The position numbers and the translations under genes were made by a program. Source: Azolla caroliniana (Eukaryota; Plantae; Polypodiophyta). From it: a DNA stretch of 64,000 nt. Below the pieces are notes generated by a model that ran no database searches, had not been told where the DNA came from, and worked only from the letters and a program-made list of their open reading frames with translations. Where the stretch lies: assembly GCA_043228905.1 (NCBI GenBank), contig JBHGNT010000018.1, positions 10,292,001 through 10,356,000 on the forward strand, read 5' to 3'. Position 1 is the stretch's first letter. Each line of letters opens with the position of its first letter. Positions 23,468 through 37,600 of this stretch are shown one piece after another.

Positions 23468-26400
23468 TTACAACCGGGAGCTTTGTCGAGGTCGATTGTG
23501 GGTTTTGTTAACGAGAAATCGAAGAATGGATTGTGATGTACAATATGCGATCGATTGGGCTGTGACCATGGGGTTCACCCCAGTTGCTGAGGGGAAAACA
23601 CTGGTGTCTGCAATGAAAAGGCCCTCGACTTCCCAAGTCTCTCCGGTGGGGTCCACAACAGAATTCGATGGGGACACCCCCATCCGGCACGTGCCCATTT
23701 GGTGTGCAGATCCCAAGGGCGAGTTGGAATTGCGGAGAGACGAGGATCGGACATAAGTCAAAAAGTCTTCGAATTGTGTGGAGCTGGAATTGGAATGAGG
23801 GCGGGATAAGTCCAAGTGTGCGGCCCCATCCACATTAGACGTGCCTATAAGTGAGGCGCCCGAGGCTGCCAGCACTCGGAGCCCATTGCAGGCCGCCTCT
23901 AGACAATGCGATCGATCCACATCCGTCAATTTGTAGTCAATGGAGAGGCGATCCTCGTCGTCCTGGGTCACACTGCCAGAGGTGGTGTCGCGAGTGAGGG
24001 CGACGAGGTGAGCGGTTTTAGAGAAGCGTAGCATGGTGAGCTTGCTGTCCATAGCCCCACGCCACGGCATGAATGCGGCGAAGCCCCCCGGGTGGAGGGA
24101 TGGAACCATGAGGAGCGCACCGTAGCCGGAGGTGTCCCAATTCGCGGCGTGGACCGAGAAGGATGTCATGATGCCGCCCTCGTACGGCTTCACATGGGAT
24201 GGGGCGTCCGGGAAGTAACCCCACACGGACAGCACCGGATGTATGTGCAGGTTCTTGCCGATATGCTTGTTCCTTAGTCCACTCCTCCGGAGAAGCACCG
24301 GTGTCCACAGAGCTCCAGCCGCCATCACCACAACTCCTGCGCTGATCTCCAACTCTACCTGCCCATTCCAACCGCTACCGCTACCGCTACCACCGCTCGA
24401 TCTTGATCTTGCTATAACCCCAGCCACACCTCTGCGCCCATTCCCATGCCCATGCCCATGCTGCTGTAGGATCACCTGCCTGGCTTCACAGGACGTGAGT
24501 ATGACGGCCCCGGCTTTGACAGCATCAGGAAGCCATGTCCGGCCCGCGGCTTTCTTAGTGCCTGATTTGCAGCCCATCCCACACCATCCACAATGGTGCT
24601 CCGCTGCCGAGTTCCTGGGCACGTTCCCAACGTGCATACCCATTGCCTCGCATCCTTTCCGAAGCATCGCATTCCCGAGGCTTTCATGAGGCTTCGCCGC
24701 TTCTTGCTGCACGCCCATCCTCTCACATACCCTCTCCATTACCTCTTCGTATTCACTGCCCTCCTCGAACATTTCCAATCCGAATTCGGTCGCCCACTCC
24801 TTCCTCACATGCGCCGGTGTCTTGAATGATGCCGACCAATTCACGGTAGTCCCGCCACCCAAGTTGGACCCAGCGAATAGCATCGCACTGCCATTCTTTG
24901 TGATTAAGTAGGATCCGTGCTCGTACATGTCTGTGGAGCGCCCTTCCAGCAGATGGAGCTCTGTCCGAGGAAAATGTCGACCTTTCTCTAGCACCACCAC
25001 CTTGTAGCCCGCTTCCGCTATTTGTGCTGCCACCACTGATCCTCCCGCGCCCGATCCAACAATTACAGCATCGGCATCAATCTTGATCTTCATCGAATTC
25101 TTTGCCACCGTCTGCAACCAATCAAGCCTTGGCATCATCACATATATATATATATATATATACTTAATCATTCATAATTCTATCCCATTCATCCCCCCCA
25201 TGATTAAAAACAAAGACCTGATCTAATTTAATCTAATCTAATCCTCCTTAAGAAATCCAGTTCTCATTATCATGTGCTTACTGTTGTTGTGACTCCCAGC
25301 TTCTGTAATTGTGCAGTGATCTGTCCAGGGTTGTGATTGCAGCAATCCACGATCCTGCTCTCGAGGACAATATCGCATTCATCACGGCCATGTGCCATAG
25401 CAGCTGGATCTGGACCAGGGTAATTGATTGCCTTCCACAAAATCGGATTGGTGCCATCAACCCCAACCTAATATATATATATATATTATATAATATTCAT
25501 GACAATCCACCGTGAGACCTCATTGAACTAAACTAATTATTTTACCAATATGGACCAACACGCAGGCAGGCGGACAGATATCTCATTCAATAGATAATCA
25601 ATGAGAAGGAGGCTCAAAAGTAATATGAGAATTGTTAGGACTCGGGCTATTATTATTGTTATTATTATTATTGGTGGTGGTGTGAGTAGAAAGTTGTGTG
25701 AAACCTTGGAGTAGAACTCTCGTAAAATGAATAATTTGAAGAGCTGAAACACGAGCCTCATGGACAGCATGGGTGATCCAGACGCCCAAGAAACCAAAAT
25801 CTTCTCCCTGGTTGCTAAAGGGAGGGAAGGGAAGGACTTGATGGTCATCAACCCAAAAAGAGGATTATGAGGCGAGGATGTGGCCGAAGAAGAAGAAGAA
25901 GAAGAAGAAGAAGAAGAAGGATGGGTGAAGGGGAGGAGGAGAGCATGGCGGCCACAGAGCAGAAGGGTGCCGAGCCTGGTGGAAAGGAGCCAGAGAAGGC
26001 GTCTCACATGGATAAGATCTGATGGGCGAAGATATGTGCTCATCTTGGAAGCAACCTATCCATGAATAAATAAAATAAATAAACATACTTCATTAATTAA
26101 TGAGCATTAGTAAGCATTTGAATTTTGATCAAATATCAAAAGCAATGGATGATCAGTAAGAATATGAGCTGCATATATACATATACATATACATATACAT
26201 ACATACATACACTTTTACTTGCTTCAGCATTACCTGCTTACATACCTACCTCTTCCGGGAAGCCATCAGGGGTCGCAGAAAGAGCAAAGAAAGCTGAAAG
26301 GATTTCTTGCTCCTCCTCGTCTTCGTTTTCTTCATTGCTTTTAGTATTAATTCCTAGCCGACGACGATGAGAAGGAGCGGCGGCAGCGTTCTCACTCTTA

Positions 26401-26564
26401 TCATTATGGATGGTGATTAAAGGCGGCGGTGGTGATACAAGAGAAGGTACGAGAGTGTCGCAGATGGCACGGAGGGCCTGCATGCCACCATCATCCTCTG
26501 ACAAACTCTTGGGATTGGGATTGGGATTGGGATGAGGCGATGGAGGAGGAGGAGGCGCTGCCAT
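23468..26564 (-). CDS. FAO: Long-chain fatty alcohol oxidase (GMC oxidoreductase), ~831 aa; exons 26564-26250, 26055-25705, 25467-25282, 25111-23468
   Basis: ALRAICDTLVPS N-terminus, VIVGSGAGG FAD motif, GSNLGGGTTVNW, HHCGWCGMGC, GSAHQMGTCRMG, TGVNPMVT. GT-AG introns give a continuous 2496-nt frame. Confidence 0.93.
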
Positions 26565-28151
26565 AGCTGCTGTGGCCACGCGCGACTACCTACTTACTCT
26601 ACACAAAGAAGAAGCAAATTAACCGACAAACACGAAATGAAATGACTTGGTAATTCAATCATAATCATAAATGAATGAATAAATCCTCTTGAAAATGGAA
26701 GAGATGCGTGTGTGTCTCTCTGATATCTTAAAGAAAGAAAGAAAGAAAGAAAGAAAGAGATGCAATGATAGGATGCACATCTGCTCATGACAAAAAAAGA
26801 AGAAGAGACGTACCCGTTAATCCTTGACTATCATCAATCATAAATGGACGGCTGACTATGATGGCATGGATTTTGGACAACATAAGGAGAACTTTCGAGA
26901 AATGTGCATTCTGCAGAGCCCTAAAGCCACAAAAGACATTGAACCCTTGACAATCGGGATAAAGTTATCCTTAGTCCTACTTGGTCTCGTGATGTGGAAA
27001 GTGTAAAGGTAGAGAGCATGACCCAAGAATCAGGTTCTACCATAAGTGAAGTTGGAACTCTCACAAAGTGATGGTTGCGCCAAAATCCTCGAAATGAAAA
27101 AGTAAAGCCAAATTAAATTTTAGCCAAATGGGAAAGGTTAACCATTTTTTAGAAAGGGTAAAAGGTAACAATCTTGATAATAGTCAAAACAAAAGGATGA
27201 AGTATAATTCCTTCTTGGGTAGCGAAATATATGAACTAAATACAAAAAGGGCACTGTATTTTTAGGAAAAAAGAGAAATACTCCCTAACCAAGGATTGAA
27301 GAAAGTTTTTAATCCCTACCAGAATTTTTTTTCCTAATCCTCGATACCGTAGCCGGATTTTTAAATTTTCAACTGGCCAATTTTCTGTGTTCATGTCATT
27401 TGGAACTTCTTGAAATAAAATAAACAAACATCAAATACCAAGAATTTTACGTCGCTTGATTGATGTCGGTGAGAACGCTATATGTATATGTGCATAAGCA
27501 TGTGTACGTAACATAGAGAAATGCAAATGGCACTAAGGATACAAAAATCAGAGTAGCTCAAAAAACATTTCACATTTGAAATGTTTTCTTAGAGGAAACT
27601 AACATCTATAATTTAATAATGGTTTGTATATGGAGGGAGGGGTTTGTATTCCAAGACCAAGCCTATGATTTAAAAATCAAGAAGGAATTGGGACTAGAAT
27701 ATTGATCAAGGGTCCCAACTTCAATAGATGGCCTAGTTGTGATGGAGAGAATGACATGAAGAAATACGACATTTCAACAATATAATGTAGAGAGTTTTAA
27801 ATGAGATGGACATACCAACTGTTTTGATACAATCATGTCATTGCTTTGACACATTGACATGGAAATTTTGTCAATGAGTAATTAATCAAATCCCCCATCT
27901 TGGGGTACGGATTTGAGCTCTCTACCCATCGAGTTGACGGAAGGCTAATAGCATACATAGCGCCAAAAACATAAAGATGTTACTTCTTGACAGGGGGAAT
28001 CAAAAAGGAAGAAGACAACGCAATAGAAAAGCCATCACTCTTGTCTCTCTTTTTTCCTGTGTAATATCATTTTCATATTTACTCATTTGGTAGTTATCGA
28101 ATTTTGTATACAGATAATGTAGGATGGATCCTACAAAAGGCAACGAGGGTG

Positions 28152-29416
28152 TGTTCAGAATCAAACTCAACTTAACCACCCAGTGAATACACCACCTTAA
28201 GAATAGTTAAGTGTGTGAACACACACCAGTTTATAACAATAACTAATGTGTCATAGAATATAACTTCTATGACACATAGTTAAAGAGTTAGTTAAGGTTT
28301 CTCTCTTTCTTGAGAGGGCCGTTTTAGTGAGAGAATGTAGAGAGAGGGTGACCTAATAAGAACCCTCCTCTCTCACCTTGTAACTGTTGGTTGTCGTTCA
28401 TCTTCTTGTGAATATACAGTTTTTGTTTCATATCTTGTGTCTCTTCTCTCTTACTCTTACTCTTACTCTTACACACTCACACCTCTAACCTATTTACATG
28501 GTATCAAAGCGATTTGGTAGCTCCATCTAAGCCCATCCATGTGTGTTGTGTCTCACGTTGATGTTCATGAAGAACCAACTCATCGCTATCGTAGAATCAC
28601 TATGTAGCTCGCACCTAAGAAAGAAGAAGAATAAGAAGAAAAAAAACATTTCGACCATCATGAATACTCAAATGGGCAGCTCTCTTCCTAGTGAAAAGTT
28701 GGACTAAAACAACCTTGCATCTTGGGAATACAAGATGCACTAATACCTTGTCAGCCAAGGCTATTGGAGCTACGTCGAAGGAGCACAAGAAATGAAACCC
28801 AGACCAACCGACGCTGACTACTCAACATGGGAGCAAGCAACGAGTCACATAATCTATTGCTTGGTGAGATGTGTACATGACCACATGCTCGGCTACATTT
28901 GGGAAGCCAAGACGCCGAAAGAAGCTTGGGGGAATCTCAAGAAGTTCTTTGCGGCCAACCACACCAAAGCTTCAACTTCACCAAGAGATGAACAATGTCC
29001 AACAAAAGGACACGTCAATCACAAGCTACACCTTGAAGATCAAGGAGCTATGTGACTCACTCGGCTCAATCAATGTCAATGTCAATGAGGATGAAATAGA
29101 ACAAATATGCCTCGGTGGCCTCGCACCATGGTTCGGCACCATGTGAACCGCATCCCTAGCAAGGGAGAATCCTCCTTCCTTCTTCGACCTTCCATCAATG
29201 TTGATCGTCGAAGAAAACCGTATCCGAACAAGGCGCACTGCCTTAGAAGGTCATATGCTCTACACACACTCGGACGGTGGTAGAGGATGAGGTCGGGCAA
29301 GAAGAGGTTGACTTGGCCAAGGACAAAGGAGACGAGGTCAGACCCATGAAGGCAATTCCCACTTTCGAAAAGACAATGGAAACACCCGAAGAACGTTCGG
29401 AACAAGGGGGAGCTTT
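28152..29416 (+). mobile_element. Ty1/copia 5' fragment (LTR 28152-28498, PBS, degenerate gag)
   Basis: TGTTCAG..TTACA termini; PBS TGGTATCAAAGC at 28499; gag WEQATSHIIYCL..AKTPKEAWGNLKK; truncated by the LTR at 29417. Confidence 0.85.
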
Positions 29417-32260
29417 TGTTAATAATTTGGTAATTAACTAAGGGTTAATTAGTATCTAATTATGTGAGTAGTTAATCACGTATGTGATTAAGAAACGGAT
29501 GACTATGTGATATGTGTGTGTATGTGTATAGGAGTAAGGAAGTTAAATGAGAGATAGAGAGGAAATACATTTATGACCAATAAGACAAATGGCGGATGAT
29601 TACAAGAGTGTAGCTTGAAGACTTTCTCTCTATTAATAAGCATCAAAATACAAAAATACCCACAATGAGGTATTATATACATCTCATGTGAAAAGGGCCA
29701 CATGTGTCACGAGAATATAGGTACAAGGGTGTAAGTCCTATATTAAATGAACTTGGAAGTGGGGAATCTATAATGTATTCCACTAAGTACAAAATCCTAT
29801 TAAAGACTTTATAGTCAACACATTAACTAGATTGTATTATGTAACTAATAAGTTACTTGATTGACTAAATGGTATTAAACTTAGTTGAGGTTGATATCTC
29901 AACACACCCCTTCAAGCTCAAGTGTGTTGTGTCCAGCTTCCTGTTCAGCTTCCGATCCGACTTTCGATGTTGCTTGCTTTTGGTTCCGCCTTCCATGAGT
30001 CGGCTCTTGTCTTGTAGAAGATTCCCTGATCCATGGTCCCACTAATGTATCGTAAGACTCACTTAGCACAATGCAAATGCATGTCGCACGGTGTTTGCAT
30101 GAATTGGCTAAGGAGGTCAACCGGATAGCTAAGGTCGGGGCACATGATAGTTAGGTAGATGAGATTCCGAATGATTTGCCAATGTTTGGCCGGTTTACAT
30201 GGTGTGTCTGAGTCCGCGTGCAATTTCAGGTTGCGGTCAACGAGAGTCGAAATTGGCTTGTTGTCCATCATGCCGAACTTGAATAGAATATTCAAGATTT
30301 AGTGGCGTTGGGAGAGCATGATGTTGTTGCTAGTTCAAATGACCTCGATTCCCAAGAAATAATGAAGTTCATTCATGTCTTTCATCTCGAACTTCCCGGA
30401 GAGGAGTATCTTGACCTTCTCAGCTAGGAGTTCACCACCGATCACTAAGTCGTCAACATATATGATGATGAAGATCCAACCACTTGAGTTGCTTCGTATA
30501 AACAAGGATTTGTTAGATTTGAACATCCAAAAGCCAATTCGGTGCAGGAACTGCATTATCTTTGAATGCCAAGCCCGTGATGCTTGCTTGAGGTTGTAGA
30601 GGGGCTTCTTCAGTCGGCATACAACATTCAGATGTGAACGTGACTTGTAGCTGGGTGGTTGTACCATGTACACCTCCTTGTCTAGCTCGCGTTGGAGGAA
30701 TATGTTCTTCACGTCCATTTGGTAGAGATGCCACCCTTTTGCCGCCGCGAATGCAAGGACCGTCCAGATAGTGGTCATCTTTGCCACCAGGGCGGATGTT
30801 TCTTCGTAGTCGATGTTGTGGGTTTGAGCATAACCCTTAGCTACAAGTCAGGCTTTGCATCAGTTGATGGAGTTGTTGGCATTGTGCTTGATCTTGTATA
30901 TCCATTGGCAACCAATCACCTTCTAGTGTGGTGGAGGTGCTACAAGTTACCATGTCTTGTTGTCAACTAGTGCTTACATCTATTTGTCCATGGTTTCCAT
31001 CCATCGGGGGCCATGAGCCGCTTCTGTAAAGCTTTTGGGCCCTCATTTAGACGCTACCTTCATCATGAAGGCATAGTGGTGTGCCATATACTCATTGTAA
31101 CCGAATTGGGTGACCAAATTCTTCTCTCTGGATGATCGTCAAAGTTTTTCGTTTGTCAATGCCAACACCTTTACGCTAGGTGTCCGCATAATGGGCCCTC
31201 CAAACTCACTGTCTAGCGACCGAACCAATATGTCTGAATCACTTTCATCAGGGTGGTTGGCTTGATATTTGGGCATCTTACCTTTTCTTTTGTTCGATCC
31301 AGCCCATGGTCAAGATGTGCTTTGGTTTCTTGGAAGCTCTTGTGGTCCACTAAGCTCGGTAGAGCTTGGACTTTCCCTTGGTATAAGCCTTGGCCAAATG
31401 TCGTCCTCCGAATTTATCTCCAACTCTTCCTTAGTCGGGCCGGATGGAGCTGAATCGGGTTCATACCATGATGTTGATTCTTCGAAGACAACATCTCGAC
31501 TCACCCGAACCGTTCGGGTAGGGGTGTTGAAACACTTGTATCCTTTTTCTCGAACGAGTATCCTACGAGGATGCATTTCTCTGACTTTTGGTTGAGCTTT
31601 TGTTGTTTTTCGTTCGGGATGTGTACATATGCAATGCTTTTGAACACTCTCAAGTGTGATAGACTCGGATTCCTTCCAACATATGTCTCGTATGGAGTTA
31701 GTTCATGCACTCCATTAGTGGTGCATCAATTCATCAGGTAGACGATTGTGGATGCTGCTTTGGCCTAGTAGAAGTTTGGCATGTGCTTCTCATACAATAT
31801 GTGCTACCTCGAGTATATGCCAATTCTTCCTTTCGGCCACTCCATTCTATTGGGGTGTGTGTCGGCACAAAAATTCTCTCCTTATTTCCTCACCTTGGAG
31901 ATAGGAGATGAATTCATCAAAGAAGTACTCCTTCCCTCTATTCGATCGTAGGCACTAAATATGCAAGCCTATTTCTTTCTCCACTTGGCTCTTGAGCTTT
32001 AGGAAGTGGGATATCACTTCACTCTTCTTCTTCATCGGGAAGATCCACGTGTAGCGAGAGTAGTCATCAATAAAGGTGACGTAATACTGGCATCCTCCAA
32101 TCGTTGGTGTTTGAGCCGGTGTTTGAGCCGGTCCCCATACATCCGAGTGGATCAAATCAAGGAGGACTTTACTTACATGTCTATCCTCTAGGAATGGGAG
32201 TTAATGTTGTTTGTCGAGTTGACATGCTTCACAAACTTGGTGTTGTGACGTTTTCACGCC
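29417..32260 (-). mobile_element. Degenerate Ty1/copia 3' part (integrase, RT, PPT, 3' LTR 29417-29904); RNase H largely deleted
   Basis: IHSDVWGP..FIDDYSRYTW; QMDVKN..LYNLKQASRAW..IYVDDLVI; PPT GAGCTTGAAGGGGTG abuts the LTR. Confidence 0.9.
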
Positions 32261-34396
32261 GCGATGACAAAATAACCTCTACCAAATTATAGGAACTAAT
32301 TCAAATCTTTGTAAATGGTTGTTTAGCTAAGCAATAGCTAAATATCTTGATAAGAACCAATCATTACTGGATGATAATATTATGTATAAATAGCTAGTTG
32401 AATCTACGGAAAAGAAAACATAATATCAAGTAAAATATTTTAAAGCTAAATATCTATTCAAAGCACATTTTGTTATTATCACTATCAATCTTCTGCATAT
32501 AGAGGAGATGTATAAATCTTTAAAAGCTCTTATTGTGTGTATGAGCTTATGACTTAGCTTCATCTTTTGTAGAATCCCATGACTTATAAATCTTTTCTAA
32601 CAGTGATGAATAGTCTATACTAGAATCCCATGAAGTTTGAAGACTTGTTATTCTTTTGGTATACATGCATCAATGATTCCCATAATGCTCCACAAGTCTT
32701 GTTGGTCATCAACGAGGTGTTAAGTATACATTTAGATCCTTCGTTTGTCTCATTCTCATTATAATATACTTAAAAGTCATTGCATACAATGTTGTAAAAT
32801 AACAAAATTTGTGGATATATCAACCTCCTAGATGGTTGTTCCCTCCTAGGGTATCAAACATAGAGGTAGGTGCTGAATTGTGAAGTGATTGGCAGGTGTC
32901 TTTGTTGAATGTGGGTGTGTGAGGCTCATGTTGATGGGCGTCTGTCGAGTAATTATGTGATGAGGCTTAGTTGCTTCATTTATACATGTTTTGTTGTAGC
33001 CATTGCAAAGTGGCTTGTAACATATGAGTTGTATATTATTCCATGTACTTTTTCTTAACTAATGGAAGTAGAATTTTTTTTGGAAAATAAAAATAAAAAT
33101 ATCAAAAATTTAACTCAACGTAAGAGTGAATTTGACATTTAAACTAACTAATAATAACAAAATTCACAAAAGTTATTTTATTCAAAGTAAATTGGTGTGA
33201 GATCAACTTTTGAAAGAATGCAAAACATGGCACTTACAAACATGCACACATCACAAATCATAACGTTTAGGGGAAATTATCCAAACACCCCACATTTTTG
33301 TAAAAAATGTCAAAATACCCCAAAAGCACCAAATTGATTCAACATAAATGGCATACTCACATACCCCCAAAAACAATGAAATGTATTAAGGAACACATTT
33401 ACAGCAATGGGAAATTGTTTATAACATGTCATTATGCATTTGTTATACTCAATCGGCTATAGAATTCTTACAACTCTTCCAATCAGGATTTGTATTCTGC
33501 CCACATCTTGAACAGTTGTTTATATTCTCTAATGCAAGAGAATGTTCTATTTCTAAATTGATGTTTATGCTACAATGTGATAAATTCAAAGACATTTCCA
33601 TTTGAGGACAACTCATGGATTCCCAATTATGTGCTCTTCTTCAAATGCCGATATATTACATGAATTTTGACCCACAAATTCCCATGCACCACCAACTCTC
33701 CTTCAAATTCAAGAAGGATGCTGAAATTGGTGGTGTGGCATTTGAATGATGCTGAAATTGTGAAGTCAAAAGCTTCTGGCTTTTCTACATTTTTGTTGTT
33801 TAGGAAAGGAGTACTTCTATCATTTCACTAAAGTTTACAGCAATTTGACAAATAGAAAAGTGAAAGGGGTAATTATTAGTAGATCACAAAGAGGAAAGCA
33901 AACATTGAAATTTCATAAGGGGGCATCTACCTCAATTAAATTAGGGGTGAACCAAAATTAGATCGACGACGATGAGTCTTTCAATCAAAATGGATTGTGG
34001 CAAGAATTTGCAAGCCATACCAAATTAAAGCATGGTCAATAGGGGAGTAACCCACAATTGAGGAATTTGCTTAGCTGTTCTATTGAGTAAATTTCCATGA
34101 CCATGTGAACAATCTAATGGGCCACAAATGTCATACCCATGTATTACCATGGGAGAATACGAGATTCAACATGTACCCATTGATGATAAAATAGTTGAGA
34201 AAACCTTCAAAAACATAATAATTTGAGAAAACCTTGAAATTAAAAAATGAAATGTTTGACATTACAAACAATGAATATATAACAAAGAACTAAGTAAAGC
34301 TCCCTTTCTCGAAGTAGTTTTTACTATGTACATCATCCTAATGAACTACTTAAATTTCCAGAATTGCGCCTTTTCAGAACCATTTGGAATTCGGTG

Positions 34397-34437
<41 letters not shown>

Positions 34438-34606
34438 ATGAGATTCAATAATAGAAACTTTAAATGGCATAACTATGGTACAGCAGCATTTTTGCTTTTA
34501 TAATAAGTTACATTACACAACAGGAGTATAGCCAATATGGAAGTTTCCAATTTGCCACAGCATTGATGAATCCATCCAAGATATTACTCTTCAGTTTTTT
34601 GAATGC

Positions 34607-37600
34607 TTAGGCCACAAGTACAATTATGAGGATCATTAATGCCACTGCAAATATAATGAGAAGCAAGCACGCCTGGAGAAACATCAGAAAACATTTGAAT
34701 TTTTTAATAAATTTCCATACAACACTAAAAACAAAGGCACAATATATACCAAGGATGATGTAGATCTTTGAGTTTGAGAAGCGTTTGCGATTTGCCTATT
34801 AGCTTGATTTGTCGATGCATGAGTATTGCCAATATTTGAATCAATATCATCTAGAGAACAATGAAGAAGGGAGAAATTTTAGCAATTAACCGATGAATTA
34901 TTCTCACATGGTTCCCTAAGTATGATATTCCTTACCAATCATTATGCCTTGTTCATGCACTAAAACAGCTAGATCTTTGAAGATCTCATGAACTTCCCCA
35001 ATCTGTTGCTGTATCTCCTGAATTCCTTGCTCCCTTTCCTCAATTATAGCATCATTAAACAGCCTTTCAGTCTCTAACGCAACCATTTCTTGTCTGCAAA
35101 AATAAAAAAAGACAAATTCATGAATAAACACTTGCTCACATGAGATACATGGATTAAGGCCATTCAAATACTGATATGTACAATAAAAAATAGCTTGTGA
35201 GACTTGTGACATTCTCACCTCCTTTCCGCCAACAAAAGAGACTTTTGCTCTTCTTGTTTAAGAGTCTCTTGTGCAGTCCAATGTAGTTCATCATTATAAC
35301 TGGCCATACAAAGTATTTTCTTTTTAGTCAATATAAAGTTAGATTTCTCATCTATGTATAAGCTTTATGGGAGGTGAAATCATTACTTACATTGATGTTC
35401 CCGACACAACCGGAAGACTCGACCAGTGTTTCTTGGCAGTCCTCTGTGCATTTTGAAAATCTTTCAACACAGTTTCAAAGTCCTTTGCAAGCTTTCTATC
35501 GGCTACCTTCCTTAAGGGCTGTCATAGGAAAAAATTATATCATCATGGTGACCTCCAAATTGATCTCAGAATTTTATAAAACTAGCAAATACCTCATTTC
35601 CATAATCAGTATCACTGACTGCCTTCAACCTTGCTAATGTCTCTTTTGCCAACTTTTCAATGTGTTGTTCTGTTTTATGACTGCAACAGATAGAATTCAG
35701 AGAAATATACACTAATATTTGAGCGTTGGACAGTAAAAACCGATAAAGAGGAAAAGTTTGAAAAACAAATATTCGTGAATCCTCTTCAGAATTTCTACAT
35801 ATTGACATTATTCTCTAGACATCATCTTCTCAATAACAAGAGATCTAGAAAAGGAAGTAAGCTAAAGATCTTGATTTCTAAAAGAGATCAAGGCAACTAA
35901 AAGGGCTTACATTCTTAAAACACATTAAAAAGTAGCCAAAAGTCCAGTGTTCTATTCTTGCCAGAATTTTTCTACCATGGAAGCTCAGGTAAATGTAGCA
36001 TAATTACTACATACCCTAGTTGTGAGCGTGTATCATGAACTCCAAATTAACAGGGGGTAGAAAGACCTAAGCTCTATAGAAATAGACTGTCAATATCAGA
36101 TTAACTTGCAATTTATTTGGAATAGATATCTTTCCTAAAAGCTGGTACATAGTGCATGAGAACAATGCAAAACAAAATTCAGCATAGGCAGCAGATTCAT
36201 ACATGTAGATCTCAAAAGACATTCAGATTTCTTATGACAACTCAAAGAAAATATTTTCTCAAAATAGCTCATTCCTCAATTCTCTCACCTTTAAGACTCT
36301 TCGGCTGATCAAAAGATCTTTCCTATCCCATACAAGGCAAAATAGATCCCCCAAATAGATAATTCTAGGCAACTAGCTTTCTAACCTGTATGTTCACTAT
36401 CGTTCCCTGTAAACATGACGTATCTGTCTAGATAATTAGAGGTGTAAGTTCCTATAAGACTACCTTGGGGAGGACTGATCTATTACAATAGGAAGGGAAC
36501 TTTCAGGTCTTCTAAAACAATACCAGAATGTTGTAGAAATGATGATGATTATGTAAGCCAGCACCAGAGGACTCAATGTACAAGAATAGCTTGACAGTAA
36601 ACTTGATTAAATTCCAAAATATTGCAAGAATAAATTGACAGTAAACTTGATATACAAAGGATAAATTGACGGTAAATTTAACACATGAATTCAAATACAT
36701 TCCATGCTCCTCGTGTCAATGTTCAGAATCAAGTGTTTTGTTCAACTACATATGTGGATCAAAGATAATATAAAAGAAGCCATACTTCTCATCAGTTTGA
36801 TAAGGCATCTAAAGTTGGCAGCAATGATGATTTACATTCTCGTTCTAACAAGATTAAACATGGAATTTGTTGGCGTTGTTCATTAATGGAAAGGATGACT
36901 CTATTTGGAAATAATCGATCATTGAAAAGTCAGCAAGATCAACAATCGAACTTTGGTATCTATTATCCTTGGTTCCATAACTTCTAGAAGGACTTGGAGA
37001 AGTTATGAAATTACCAGTCTTGATGTCTTTCCTTGATGAAATCTTGATTTCTATAACATTTACAAGGCCTAGGTTCTCCTTACGGGAGGTTGCTTGTGCC
37101 CGACTTTCTTGTGCATATACAGCCCTTGGTGCTCTCGAGAGCCACGAACTAAGTTGTGGTTATTTGATACACTTGTCACACCAACTCTTCTTTATGGAGT
37201 AGAATTGTGGGGACCGAGTCTTAACAAGGCAAATCATTGGAAAGATTTGGAGAGACCTTTAGTGTCAATGATTGTCCGCAAGATAAGGAGCAAAGCATTG
37301 GTGCCCCATGATATAATCTGGGCAGAGATGGGCCAGCACCTATAATCACCGAGGCATTGTTCCGACCAGTGACATGTAATCAACATCTTTGGGAGCTCCC
37401 TAAACGAAGGTACCCAAGGTTGGCACTTACATCATCAAGACAACTGGCTGAAAATTCATTGTTGGTATGCTGAAATGTAGCAATGGTTCGAGTCACATGG
37501 CATGAGTATAAATGCACTACCCCCAGTTCAATATAGCTTGGACTCTCTCCATCTAAATATAACCAAAGTAGAAAAGGATAGACTGATCTGAACTGATATT

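Noticed and set aside
25112-25171. MIKYIYIYIYV start of the 567-aa ORF
   Set aside because: Intron sequence with a (TA)n tract; the exon begins after the CAG acceptor at 25111.
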